A DNA stretch of 51,687 bases from the NCBI GenBank assembly GCA_965235125.1, contig CBDDXH010000001.1, positions 1 through 51,687 of the forward strand. Direction: 5' to 3'. A model generated the notes under the pieces. That model searched no databases. It saw only the letters and a list, made by a program, of their open reading frames with translations, and was not told the DNA's origin. How positions within the stretch are numbered: position 1 is the stretch's first letter; every line of letters starts with the position of its first letter. This document shows, in pieces, positions 10,020-20,167 of the stretch. Position numbers and translations under genes: made by a program. The DNA is from Candidatus Pelagibacterales bacterium. Lineage in GTDB: Bacteria > Pseudomonadota > Alphaproteobacteria > Pelagibacterales > Pelagibacteraceae.

Positions 10020-11357
10020 ATGTTTAAAAAAGTTTTAATTGCTAACAGAGGAGAGATTGCTGTTAGGGTGATTAGGGCTTGCAAAGAATGGGGTATTTCA
10101 ACTGTTGCAGTTCATTCTGATGTTGACGCTGATTCTATGCATGTAAGAATGGCTGATGAAAGTGTTTGTATTGGTTCCCACCAACCTTCAAATAGTTATT
10201 TAAATATTGCTGCAATAATTTCTGCTGCAGATCTTACTGGGGCAGAAGCTATTCATCCAGGTTATGGTTTTTTATCGGAAAATGCAAAATTTGCAGAAAT
10301 AACAAATAATCATGGAATAAAATTTATAGGTCCAAGTGCAGAATTAATTAGAAAAATGGGAGATAAAATAGAAGCTAAAAAGATTGCAAAACAATATGGA
10401 CTTTCAGTTATTGAAGGATCTGAAGGTGGAGTTAAATCTGTTGAAGAAGCAAAGAAAATTTGCTTTAGAATTGGATACCCCATCTTAATTAAAGCTGCTG
10501 GAGGAGGTGGTGGAAAAGGTATGAAGATTGTTGAAAAAGAGTCAGAATTAGAAAATCTATTTTTAACAGCAAAATTAGAAGCTAAAAAATATTTTGGAAA
10601 CGATGAACTGTATATTGAAAAATATTTTAAACATCCGCGACACATCGAAGTACAAATTCTAGCAGGAAAAAATAGAACTGTTCATTTACATGAAAGAGAT
10701 TGTACTGTTCAAAGAAGGCATCAAAAACTAATTGAAGAAACCCCTAGCCCCGTACTAAGCGTAGAATCAAGAAATGAATTACTGAAAAGTACGGTCAATA
10801 TGGTTGAAAAACTTGGATATGAAGGTTCTGGAACTATCGAATATATTTACGAAGATGGAAAATTTTATTTTTTAGAAATGAATACAAGAATTCAAGTCGA
10901 ACATCCGGTTACTGAGGTAGTAACAGGAATAGATATAGTTAAAGAGCAAATATGGATAGCCTATACTGGTAATACGGCGCTAGAACAAAGCGATATTGCT
11001 CCAAAAGGACATGCAATTGAGTGCAGAATAAATGCTGAAAACCCATTTAAGGACTTTGAACCAAGCCCAGGTATTATTTCAGTTTGTCATCAGCCCGGGG
11101 GGTTTAGAACAAGAGTTGATGGAGCTATATTTCAAGGTTGTAAAATAACTCCTTATTACGATAGCCTAATTGCTAAGCTTATCTGTCATGGCAGAAATAG
11201 AACAGAAGCTATTCAAAGGATGCAAAGATCTTTAAATGAATTTGTCTTAGAAGGAATTGAAACAACTGTACCATTTCACAAAAAACTTATTTCTCACGAA
11301 AAATTTATTAGTTCTAATTTTGATACCAATTGGCTAGCAAATGAAAAAATTATTTAA
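10020..11357 (+). CDS. accC: Biotin carboxylase
   Basis: KVLIANRGEIA, IHPGYGFLSEN, GGGGKGM, QRRHQK, EMNTRIQVEHP. Confidence 0.96.
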   Translation: MFKKVLIANRGEIAVRVIRACKEWGISTVAVHSDVDADSMHVRMADESVCIGSHQPSNSYLNIAAIISAADLTGAEAIHPGYGFLSENAKFAEITNNHGIKFIGPSAELIRKMGDKIEAKKIAKQYGLSVIEGSEGGVKSVEEAKKICFRIGYPILIKAAGGGGGKGMKIVEKESELENLFLTAKLEAKKYFGNDELYIEKYFKHPRHIEVQILAGKNRTVHLHERDCTVQRRHQKLIEETPSPVLSVESRNELLKSTVNMVEKLGYEGSGTIEYIYEDGKFYFLEMNTRIQVEHPVTEVVTGIDIVKEQIWIAYTGNTALEQSDIAPKGHAIECRINAENPFKDFEPSPGIISVCHQPGGFRTRVDGAIFQGCKITPYYDSLIAKLICHGRNRTEAIQRMQRSLNEFVLEGIETTVPFHKKLISHEKFISSNFDTNWLANEKII

Positions 11358-11866
11358 ACATTTTCACAATTAACAAGCCATAAATCATAGACTGGATGAT
11401 CTAGTGGATTTAAAGTAGTGCTTGTAGAAAAGGTCCAACCATTAAATACGAAAACTTTATTACTTAAATTATCTGTGAGATCTTTAACTTGAATATATGC
11501 TGCCTGACCCTGCTCTGATTGAGACTCAATATTTCCACATTTTAAGGCTTTTATCTCGAGTAAACCAAATTTTTTTGTTTCACCCAAAAATAAATTAATA
11601 TTAGAAGTTTTAGCAGTTATTTTATCTAAAGCGACTATATTAACTCTAGTTGATTTATTTTCTGATTCTTTAATTTTTTTTTCTTTTAGTATTAAAGTTT
11701 CCTTATTTAAAATTTTTTGTTCTTCAGCATCTTCTTTATCAAAACTAGCTTCTAAATCTTCAAGATTTACTAAAGGGACAGTACTTATTTTTTCTTCGGC
11801 GTAAGAAAAAGTGATTAAATTAATTAAAAATAAAATAAAAAGTAAACTAATTTTTCCAAGTTTCAT
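11354..11866 (-). CDS. DUF2155 family exported protein
   Basis: Signal peptide, ALDKITAKT, VFNGWTFS...LDHPVYDLWLVNC; usual neighbour of NDUFA12 in alphaproteobacteria. Confidence 0.85.
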   Translation of the reverse strand: MKLGKISLLFILFLINLITFSYAEEKISTVPLVNLEDLEASFDKEDAEEQKILNKETLILKEKKIKESENKSTRVNIVALDKITAKTSNINLFLGETKKFGLLEIKALKCGNIESQSEQGQAAYIQVKDLTDNLSNKVFVFNGWTFSTSTTLNPLDHPVYDLWLVNCENV

Positions 11867-12203
11867 ATTTTTTTTTTGAGTTATTTAATTTTGAAATCTG
11901 ATTTGGTTTGTAAGCGTTTAGTGTGCCTGTTTGATTTTCTAAATGTTCTTTCTGCCATAGATATTTTTTTTTTTTGTTATTAGGTGTTTCATTAATTGTA
12001 TGATGAATCCAAAGAAACCATTCAGATGTTATTTTTGATGCTTCAATATTGTCTTTATAAACAACCCATCTTTGATCATTTTTACTCTTATAATATTTGT
12101 TTCCATAAGAGTCTGCTCCAACAAATTTTCCGAAAAATAATGTTTTTAAAAACGTTCCTAAGGTTTGTTTGTGCCACCAGGTAAAAATTTGTTTTAGGTT
12201 CAT
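11847..12203 (-). CDS. NADH:ubiquinone oxidoreductase accessory subunit NDUFA12 (17.2 kDa family)
   Basis: GKFVGADSYGNKYY, RWVVY, EASKITSEWFLWIHH, WQKEHLENQTGT. Likely start is ATG 12203. Confidence 0.9.
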   Translation of the reverse strand: MNLKQIFTWWHKQTLGTFLKTLFFGKFVGADSYGNKYYKSKNDQRWVVYKDNIEASKITSEWFLWIHHTINETPNNKKKKYLWQKEHLENQTGTLNAYKPNQISKLNNSKKKYETWKN

Positions 12204-12244
12204 TATAATAACATCCACACACTTTAAGAGTGTATATTAAGCCC

Positions 12245-12272
12245 TAGACACTTACTATATTTGTTATATATC
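12245..12272 (+). promoter_or_regulatory. Putative sigma70-type promoter of the TSCPD-domain gene
   Basis: TAGACA (12245-12250), 16-bp spacer, TATATC (12267-12272), about 30 nt upstream of ATG 12301. Confidence 0.4.
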
Positions 12273-12300
12273 TTCAATTGTTGATTCCTAAAATATTTAA

Positions 12301-13131
12301 ATGAAAAAATTTATAGTTGAGACTTATTATACTTGTACGTTTAAAACAGTTCATACACTTGATGAACTAAATGAAGTTGAATTATCTAAAATTGACAGTC
12401 GAAATGATGGTGAGGTTGAAGTTATTGATGTAAGACTTAATAATAGAAAAACAAAGAAAATTGGAGACAAGTCTAAACCAGTTAATAAAAAAAATGAAGA
12501 TTTTGCTGGCATAGACCAGATAGTTGGAAAAGAGGTTCTTCAAAAGAATTTTGCCCACACATCTGCAATTAAAGAAGAAAGTTTAAAAGTTAAAAGCCAA
12601 ATAAGTTCAAGATTTAGAATGCCTGATCGAAGAAAAGGCTACATTCAAAAAGCTTCAATTGGTCAACAGAAAATTTATCTTCATACAGGTGAATATGACG
12701 ATGGTAAGATTGGTGAAATCTTTATTGATACAAATAAAGAAGGAGAGTTAGTCAAAGCATTAATGAATAACTTTGCTATCGCCATTTCTATAGGACTACA
12801 ATACGGGGTACCTCTAGATGAATTTGTTGATGCTTTTGTAGATACAAAATTTGAGCCATCTGGAAAAATAGAAGGAAACGATAGAATATTAAGTGCTACT
12901 TCTATTTTAGATTATGTGTTTAGAGAACTCGCTATATCCTACCTTGGAAGAGAAGAGATGGCACACACTCCATCTATAGCAAGCACTAAGGAACTAAACA
13001 ATGAGTCTAGTGATGATAAATTTTTAAAAATAGTAAAAAATATTACTTCCAAAGGATTTGTTCGAAGTAATTATGAAGATAAACTTATAGATCTAAGCGA
13101 TATAAGAATTAATTTGAAAACTAAGAAGTAA
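12301..13131 (+). CDS. Stand-alone protein homologous to the C-terminal (TSCPD-type) domain of class II ribonucleotide reductase NrdJ
   Basis: [36 protein letters not shown]...[24 protein letters not shown]...FEP.G...[17 protein letters not shown] matches the alphaproteobacterial NrdJ C-terminal region. No catalytic RNR core is present. Confidence 0.85.
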   Translation: MKKFIVETYYTCTFKTVHTLDELNEVELSKIDSRNDGEVEVIDVRLNNRKTKKIGDKSKPVNKKNEDFAGIDQIVGKEVLQKNFAHTSAIKEESLKVKSQISSRFRMPDRRKGYIQKASIGQQKIYLHTGEYDDGKIGEIFIDTNKEGELVKALMNNFAIAISIGLQYGVPLDEFVDAFVDTKFEPSGKIEGNDRILSATSILDYVFRELAISYLGREEMAHTPSIASTKELNNESSDDKFLKIVKNITSKGFVRSNYEDKLIDLSDIRINLKTKK

Positions 13132-14911
13132 TCTTTTTATCTACTTTAATATTTAATTCTTTTAATTGTTTTTCTTCCACTTCAGAAGGTGCACCCATTA
13201 AAAGATCCTGGGCATTTTGATTTAATGGAAAAAGAGTAACCTCTCTAATATTTTTTTCACCTGCTAACAACATGATAATTCTATCAATACCGGGAGCTAT
13301 CCCGCCGTGTGGAGGCGCACCATAACTTAATGCATTAATCATTCCACTAAATTTTTCATCTACTTGTTTTTTATTATAACCTGCAATTGCAAATAATTTA
13401 TACATCAAATCAGGTATATGGTTTCTAATAGCTCCTGATGATAGCTCAATGCCGTTACAGACAATATCATACTGGTAGGCTTTAATTTCTAAAGGTTTAT
13501 CAAAATTTATTTTGTGAATATCGCCCTGGGGCATAGAAAAAGGATTATGACTAAATTGAATTTTTTTACTTACTTCATCTAACTCGAACATTGGGTAATC
13601 AACTACCCAGCAAAATGCGAATTTATTTTCATCGATAAGATTTAAATCTTTAGCTATTTTTTCTCTTGCCTGAGAGATAATTTTTTCTACATCATTTATT
13701 TTGCCACAAGCAAAAAATATACTATCCCCTACTTCTGCAGAAGTAACTTTCATTATTTCTTTTAAAGCTTCATGTTTAAAAAATTTTCCAATAGGGCCTT
13801 TTGATGAAATTTCTTTATCTTTTTCAAAAGTGAAATAAGCAAGACCTGATGCGCCCTGTTCTTTGGCCCATTTATCAATATTGTCAAAAAAACTTCTTGG
13901 TTTGTCTTTTGTATTTTTGGTAACAATGCATCTAACTTTTGAACCAGACATTACTAATTTTTTAAAAATATCAAAAGTTACATCATCTCTGGTAAAAATA
14001 TTTGTTAAATCGTGAATTAATAAAGGGTTTCTTAGATCCGGTTTATCAGATCCGTACTTAAGCATTGCCTCCTCGTAAGAGATTCTTGGAAATTTTTTAT
14101 ACATTAATTCTTTTGTAGAAAAATTTTTAAATAAATTGATCATTAATTTTTCTACAACTTCAAATACATCTTCTTGTTCAACAAAAGACATCTCTATATC
14201 TAATTGATAAAATTCACCCGGGCTACGATCAGCTCGAGCATCTTCGTCTCTAAAACATGGGGCAATTTGAAAATATTTATCAAATCCTGAAACCATAATT
14301 AATTGTTTAAACTGTTGTGGCGCTTGAGGAAGTGCATAAAATTTTCCAGGATTTAATCTGCTTGGAACTAAAAAGTCTCTAGCTCCCTCTGGGCTCGAAG
14401 ATGTTAAAATTGGGGTTTGAAATTCTAAAAAACCAAGTTTTGACATTTCACTTCTTATAAATGAGATTACATTTGACCTTAAAACAATGTTTTTATGCAT
14501 TTGATTTCTTCTAAGGTCTAAAAATCTATATTTTAATCTAATGTCTTCTGGATATTCTTGCTCACCAAAAACAGGCATCGGCAGATCTTTTGCTTCCGAT
14601 AAAATTTCAATATCGTCAATATGAATTTCAATTTTCCCTGTTTTTAAATCTTTATTTTCTGTTCCTGATTCTCTTTTTTTAACTTTTCCATAAACTTTTA
14701 TTACAGACTCTGATCTAAGGCTTTCTAAAATTTTAAAATATTTATTTTTATTTTCAATTACACATTGAGTGACACCAAAATGATCTCGTAAGTCTATAAA
14801 AAGTAAATTACCATGATCTCTTTTTCTATGAAGCCATCCAGATAAATATACTTTTTTATCAGAGTCACTTTCGTTTAACTCTGAACAATTATGAGATCTG
14901 TATTTATTCAT
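13121..14911 (-). CDS. aspS: Aspartate--tRNA ligase
   Basis: [63 protein letters not shown]. Confidence 0.97.
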   Translation of the reverse strand: MNKYRSHNCSELNESDSDKKVYLSGWLHRKRDHGNLLFIDLRDHFGVTQCVIENKNKYFKILESLRSESVIKVYGKVKKRESGTENKDLKTGKIEIHIDDIEILSEAKDLPMPVFGEQEYPEDIRLKYRFLDLRRNQMHKNIVLRSNVISFIRSEMSKLGFLEFQTPILTSSSPEGARDFLVPSRLNPGKFYALPQAPQQFKQLIMVSGFDKYFQIAPCFRDEDARADRSPGEFYQLDIEMSFVEQEDVFEVVEKLMINLFKNFSTKELMYKKFPRISYEEAMLKYGSDKPDLRNPLLIHDLTNIFTRDDVTFDIFKKLVMSGSKVRCIVTKNTKDKPRSFFDNIDKWAKEQGASGLAYFTFEKDKEISSKGPIGKFFKHEALKEIMKVTSAEVGDSIFFACGKINDVEKIISQAREKIAKDLNLIDENKFAFCWVVDYPMFELDEVSKKIQFSHNPFSMPQGDIHKINFDKPLEIKAYQYDIVCNGIELSSGAIRNHIPDLMYKLFAIAGYNKKQVDEKFSGMINALSYGAPPHGGIAPGIDRIIMLLAGEKNIREVTLFPLNQNAQDLLMGAPSEVEEKQLKELNIKVDKKITS

Positions 14912-15561
14912 TTATTTAATGCTTTTTTTATTAGATTAATATTTATAGATCTTCCAGTAGATAAAGAAAAGTCGTCTAATCTATCAATTAAATCAAATAT
15001 AGCTTCATAAGATCGATCGATATTTTTTATAATATATTCAAGTAGTTTACTTTCTATTTTAACTTGCTTATCAGAAAAGATTTTACCTATAATAACCTTT
15101 ATCAACTCATCTGATGGTAAATCAATTCTGATATTCACAAAGCTGGTAAACCGTGACTTTAGATCATTTAATTTCACGTTATGAGATTGAATCGGCTCTA
15201 GAGAGTTAATAACAATATACTGATTGGATAATTGTGACTGATTTAAAACTGAATAAAACAAATTTTCATCTATATTATCTTTATAATTATCTATAATTAA
15301 ACACTCCTTAACTTTTATATCTAAAAGACTATTCTCTTTTATATCCATTGCTTTGATATAAAAAGAATTAATTTTTTTATTAAAAATATTAGCTAAGTGA
15401 GTTTTTCCACAACCAGAAGGTCCAAAAATATTTATAAATTTACTAGACCATTGGGGCCAGCTTTCTAAGAGTTTGTATGCTTCAAAATTACTCTCAGAGA
15501 CATAGAAATCTTCTTCAAAATAATTTGTTATAAACGGAAACTTAAAAATTAACTGGCTCAT
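14908..15561 (-). CDS. hda: DnaA regulatory inactivator Hda/HdaA
   Basis: N-terminal clamp-binding-like motif QLIFKF, Walker A GPSGCGKT, DLKSRF; conserved position near purM. Confidence 0.85.
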   Translation of the reverse strand: MSQLIFKFPFITNYFEEDFYVSESNFEAYKLLESWPQWSSKFINIFGPSGCGKTHLANIFNKKINSFYIKAMDIKENSLLDIKVKECLIIDNYKDNIDENLFYSVLNQSQLSNQYIVINSLEPIQSHNVKLNDLKSRFTSFVNIRIDLPSDELIKVIIGKIFSDKQVKIESKLLEYIIKNIDRSYEAIFDLIDRLDDFSLSTGRSININLIKKALNK

Positions 15562-16632
15562 TTAATTAATGGTTGCTATCCAAATGTTATCTTCAATTTT
15601 AATATTAATTTTATTTTCTAAAAGTTTATCTTTTAGTTTGTTTATTTTTCCATTGTATTTTAATCTTACTTTTGTATTTTCATTTGTCATTTCTAATACA
15701 GAATAATCTTCAACTAAATCTATCAAATTCAAAATATCACGAAGCTTTAAATAATCGTTTGCTTTTTTTATATCTAAAGATAAATCTAAAAAAGAAGGTG
15801 TACTAACATCAATTAAGTTTTGATATTTCCAAATTTGATTTATTTCTTCTTTTGCAGTTATAATTGCTTGTTCATAAGTTTTAATTTCATTTGAAGAATA
15901 TTTCTTTAAATTAAAATTTTTATCTATTTCTTTTCCTGCAATTGAGGTCTTCAGATATGCTCTAAAATCATTTTCGGTGAAATAAAAGACTAAAAAAGCG
16001 TTGTTCTTAATGTCACTTAGTGATGTTAATTTTTTTATATCGATTAACTCTAAATTTTCTTTATTCAAGGCGATATATTGAAGATCTTCGATATTTTCTA
16101 AAGCTAAATTATAATTAATCAGTATATTTTTATTATTTGTAATTTCTTTATTTTCATTTTTGAGCCAATTATTATAAAAAAAATTTTCTGAAAACATAAA
16201 AATATTTTTATCTTTAATAAATACCGGAAACAAGGTTAGCGAAATACTTGAAACGTCTGAATAAGAAACTCCATTTATAGCAAGAAAATTATTTATTTTT
16301 TTTGGATCAAACTTAATATTTATAGTTAAAGTATTTTCTTTTTTTTCATTTTTTTCATTTTTAATAATTTGATATGCAAATATTAGATCTTCGATAATAT
16401 TAATTTTAGTTTTATATAAATTTTCGGCATCTTCCTTAAGTAGTGTTTTATCAGCAAAAGATATAAATGCCGTCTTAAATGCTAATTGAATTAATTTTTT
16501 TTTATCTAAATCATTATTAATTTTACCACTTACCTCAATATTATTCACATCATAAATAAAATTATTTGATAAAACTGTTTGAGTTTTAGAGAGAAAGACT
16601 ATTATACAAACTATAAAAAAAAATTTATTCAT
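15562..16632 (-). CDS. Exported protein, probably DUF2066 family
   Basis: Signal peptide, 356 aa, YDVNNIEV...AFKTAF pattern; occupies the usual slot between purM and hda. Confidence 0.55.
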   Translation of the reverse strand: MNKFFFIVCIIVFLSKTQTVLSNNFIYDVNNIEVSGKINNDLDKKKLIQLAFKTAFISFADKTLLKEDAENLYKTKINIIEDLIFAYQIIKNEKNEKKENTLTINIKFDPKKINNFLAINGVSYSDVSSISLTLFPVFIKDKNIFMFSENFFYNNWLKNENKEITNNKNILINYNLALENIEDLQYIALNKENLELIDIKKLTSLSDIKNNAFLVFYFTENDFRAYLKTSIAGKEIDKNFNLKKYSSNEIKTYEQAIITAKEEINQIWKYQNLIDVSTPSFLDLSLDIKKANDYLKLRDILNLIDLVEDYSVLEMTNENTKVRLKYNGKINKLKDKLLENKINIKIEDNIWIATIN

Positions 16633-16655
16633 TTCAACTTATTATCATTTTATTC

Positions 16656-17681
16656 ATGGCAAAAAAAAATACATATAAAAAAAGTGGTGTTAATATTAAT
16701 TTGGCCGATCGCTTTGTAGAGCATATTGCAAAGATTACAAAAAAAAAAGTTCAAAAAAAGAGTAAATACTTAAATAAAGATAATATTGGTGCGTTTGGTT
16801 CAACTTTTGATATTAGTAAAATAAAAATAAAAGATCCCTTAATCGTCTCAAGTACTGATGGCGTAGGTACTAAAATAGATTTAGCTAACCAATTTAAAAA
16901 ATTTGACACGATAGGAATAGATTTAGTTGCTATGTGCGTTAACGACCTAATTGTTCAAGGAGCTAAACCATTATTTTTTCTAGATTACATTGCTATAGGA
17001 AAAATAAAATTTAATAAATTAAAGCAAATTCTTAATGGTATTATAAAAGGATGTTATATTTCTGATTGTAGTCTTGTTGGAGGAGAGACTGCAGAAATGC
17101 CTGGTATTTATGATAATGATAAATTTGATTTAGCAGGATTTTCTGTTGGAATTGTTTCTAAAAAAAAACTGCTTCATAAAAAAAATGTTAAAAATGGAGA
17201 TGTGGTGCTAGCCGTACCGGCAAGTGGGGTCCACTCTAATGGATATTCTTTAATAAGAGCAATTATAAAAAATAAAAAAATCTCTGAAAAATTAAAAAAA
17301 GATCTCCTAATTCCTACTAAAATTTATGTAAAAGAAATATTAAATTTAACTAAAAATAATTTACTTCACAGCGCAGCTCATATTACGGGTGGTGGACTGG
17401 TTGGTAATTTAACTAGATCGGTGCCTGAGCATTTATCGCTAAATCTAGATCTGGAAAAAATTAAAACTCAAAGTATTTTTAAATGGATAAAATCAAATAA
17501 TATCAGTGATCGTGAAATGCTTAAAACTTTTAACTGCGGTGTTGGATTTTGTTTAATTACAAAAAAAATAAATATACACAAAATAAAAAAATATTTTTCT
17601 AGAGATTATAAGCCATATCAAATTGGTTTTATCTCAAAGAGTAAAAATAAAGTAAATATTTATAATAAGATTAAATGGTAA
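16656..17681 (+). CDS. purM: Phosphoribosylformylglycinamidine cyclo-ligase
   Basis: STDGVGTK, DLVAMCVND, GGETAEMPG, GVHSNGYSL, HITGGG, TFNCGVG. Confidence 0.96.
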   Translation: MAKKNTYKKSGVNINLADRFVEHIAKITKKKVQKKSKYLNKDNIGAFGSTFDISKIKIKDPLIVSSTDGVGTKIDLANQFKKFDTIGIDLVAMCVNDLIVQGAKPLFFLDYIAIGKIKFNKLKQILNGIIKGCYISDCSLVGGETAEMPGIYDNDKFDLAGFSVGIVSKKKLLHKKNVKNGDVVLAVPASGVHSNGYSLIRAIIKNKKISEKLKKDLLIPTKIYVKEILNLTKNNLLHSAAHITGGGLVGNLTRSVPEHLSLNLDLEKIKTQSIFKWIKSNNISDREMLKTFNCGVGFCLITKKINIHKIKKYFSRDYKPYQIGFISKSKNKVNIYNKIKW

Positions 17682-18238
17682 AAAAAAAAGCTTGTGTTTT
17701 TATTTCTGGATCAGGGACTAATCTAAAAGCCTTAATAAAAAGCTCCAGAGAATATAATTTTCCAATAAGTATTAATTATATTATTAGTAATACAAATAAA
17801 TCTAAAGGCATAAAATTAGCAAAACTATACAAAATTCCTTTCAATATTTTAGATTTAAATAAAACAATAAATTTAGAATCTTTTTTAAATGAACTAAAAA
17901 AAAGAAATATTTATATAATTTGTTTGGCAGGATATATGAAAATTCTAGGTAAAGATTTTATCAGTAGATTTAATAAAAAAATAATAAATATCCATCCTTC
18001 TCTCTTGCCAAAATATAAAGGGTTAAATACTTTTAAAAGAGCTCTGAAAGATAAGGAAAAATTAACTGGCTGTACTGTTCATTTTGTAAATAGTAAATTA
18101 GATTCAGGTAAAGTAATTCTAAAAAAAAAAGTTAATATAGAATCTAGTGATAATGAAGAAACTTTAAAAGCTAAAGTTCAGTCAAAAGAATATAGAGCTT
18201 ACTCTGAGTCAATTATTAATATTTTTAGATCAAATTAA
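17675..18238 (+). CDS. purN: Phosphoribosylglycinamide formyltransferase
   Basis: SGSGTN, LAGYMKIL, NIHPSLLP, GCTVHFV..LDSG. Confidence 0.95.
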   Translation: MVKKKACVFISGSGTNLKALIKSSREYNFPISINYIISNTNKSKGIKLAKLYKIPFNILDLNKTINLESFLNELKKRNIYIICLAGYMKILGKDFISRFNKKIINIHPSLLPKYKGLNTFKRALKDKEKLTGCTVHFVNSKLDSGKVILKKKVNIESSDNEETLKAKVQSKEYRAYSESIINIFRSN

Positions 18239-18636
18239 TATTTAAAAAAAAAATTAATTTCTTGTTTTGCATTTTCGAGAGAATCTGATCCGTGCACAGA
18301 ATTTTTATCTATTGAAATTCCGTAAAGTTTTCTAATAGTTCCAGTTTCCGCATCATTCGGATTTGTTGAACCCATAAGTTTCCTATTTAATGCAACAGCA
18401 TCTTTGCCTTCGAGAACCATAACAAATATTGGTCCTGATGAAAGGTAAGCACATAAATCTTCATAAAAAGATCTTGCTTGGTGAACTTTATAGAATTCAG
18501 CAGCTTCTTCTTTTGATAGGTGTATTTTTTTGCTATTTATAATTTTTAAATTATTATTGACAAAAATATTTTTAATAACTTCTATTAAATTTCTTTCTAC
18601 TGCGTCTGGTTTTATAATCGATAGCGTCTTTTCCAT
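18235..18636 (-). CDS. ndk: Nucleoside-diphosphate kinase
   Basis: TLSIIKPDAV, GTIRK, NSVHGSDS. Confidence 0.96.
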   Translation of the reverse strand: MEKTLSIIKPDAVERNLIEVIKNIFVNNNLKIINSKKIHLSKEEAAEFYKVHQARSFYEDLCAYLSSGPIFVMVLEGKDAVALNRKLMGSTNPNDAETGTIRKLYGISIDKNSVHGSDSLENAKQEINFFFKY

Positions 18637-20108
18637 TATTTTTTTTCATAATTTTTCTTAATTAAATCACTCAAAAGCCTCACTCCATATCCGGTAGCTC
18701 CACCGCTATTTAAACTAGCTGCTTTTTTAGAAAATGCCATACCCGCAATGTCAAGGTGTACCCAAGGTGTATTTTTTAAGATAAATCTTTGTAAAAATTC
18801 AGCTGCTGTAATCGAACCAGCTCCGCCTGCATAATTAATGTTTTGTACATCCGCATATGAAGAATTCATGAGTTTATTATAGTTTTCATGTAAAGGAAGT
18901 CTCCAAACTTTCTCATTTATCTCATTTCCAATTTTATGAAGTTCCTCAGAAAGTTCATCGTTGTTTGAAAATAATCCAGCATATTCTTCTCCAAGTGAAA
19001 CTATAATTGCACCAGTTAATGTAGCTAAATCGATTATAAATTTTGGTTTGAATCTTTCCTCAGTGTAAGTTAGAGCGTCAGCTAAAACTAATCTTCCTTC
19101 TGCATCGGTGTTTAAAACCTCTATTGTTTTTCCTGAATATGATTTAACAATGTCACCTGGTCTTTGAGCATTTCCATCTGGCATATTTTCTACCAAACCA
19201 ACAACACCAACCGCATTTACTTTAGCTTTTCTTAAAGCAAGACTTTTCATTAATCCGACTACTACAGCGGAACCGCCCATGTCGTATTTCATTTCTTCCA
19301 TGAATTTTGCTGGTTTTAATGAAATACCACCAGTGTCAAAACAAACTCCTTTACCAACAAATGCTAGAGGCTTACCAAAATTATTTTTGGCACCTATCCA
19401 TTTTATTACAACTAAAAAAGATTCATTTTGACTTCCTTGGCCAACACCTAATAGAGCATTCATGCCTAATTTTTTTAGTTTGGCTTCATTTAGAATTTCG
19501 ACTTTTAATCCAAGTTTAGAAAGTTTTTTTATTTCTTCAGTGTATCTTTTTGGATTCAAAACATTTGGTGGTTCGGAAACTAAATCACGAGCTAAAAAAA
19601 TACCTTCTTTAATAGCTGAAAAATAATTATAGTTCATTTTAAAGCTATTTAAATTTGGGATAGTTAGTTCTAATGATTGAAAATTACTTTTCTTTTTAGA
19701 AATGTATTTTTCAAAACTATAACTCTTTAGCTCAAAGCCAAAAATAAATTCGTGAATAAAATTCTCATCAGAAATATTTTGTATTTTAAAATTTAGTTTG
19801 GGAAAAATATTAACTTTCTTAATATTTTTGTCTGTATTTATAATTGTTTTAAAATTAGCACCTAAACTATTTATTTCGTGTAAATGTATTTTTTCTTTCA
19901 CAATGATAAAAAAACATTTTTGATTTTCGGAAAGATCGAAGGATAATATTTTTTTTTCATTGAAATCTTTATTTTTTTTTAAGAAAGAAAGTATTTTTGC
20001 ATTATCTAATGGTTTAAATTTTAAGTTGTTTTTAAAAACCATTTTTTCAGATAAAAAAAATGCCATATTATTTGCTTTAGTATCAAATTTAGTTGAATAA
20101 TTAATCAT
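18636..20108 (-). CDS. pepA: Leucyl aminopeptidase (M17)
   Basis: VGKGVCFDTGG, MKYDMGG, NTDAEGRLVLAD, DLATLTG. Confidence 0.95.
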   Translation of the reverse strand: MINYSTKFDTKANNMAFFLSEKMVFKNNLKFKPLDNAKILSFLKKNKDFNEKKILSFDLSENQKCFFIIVKEKIHLHEINSLGANFKTIINTDKNIKKVNIFPKLNFKIQNISDENFIHEFIFGFELKSYSFEKYISKKKSNFQSLELTIPNLNSFKMNYNYFSAIKEGIFLARDLVSEPPNVLNPKRYTEEIKKLSKLGLKVEILNEAKLKKLGMNALLGVGQGSQNESFLVVIKWIGAKNNFGKPLAFVGKGVCFDTGGISLKPAKFMEEMKYDMGGSAVVVGLMKSLALRKAKVNAVGVVGLVENMPDGNAQRPGDIVKSYSGKTIEVLNTDAEGRLVLADALTYTEERFKPKFIIDLATLTGAIIVSLGEEYAGLFSNNDELSEELHKIGNEINEKVWRLPLHENYNKLMNSSYADVQNINYAGGAGSITAAEFLQRFILKNTPWVHLDIAGMAFSKKAASLNSGGATGYGVRLLSDLIKKNYEKK

Positions 20109-20167
20109 TATAGGTCAAATCATATTGAGTTCTCTTATAAGTTGATTTAGATATACATGAAATTTAA

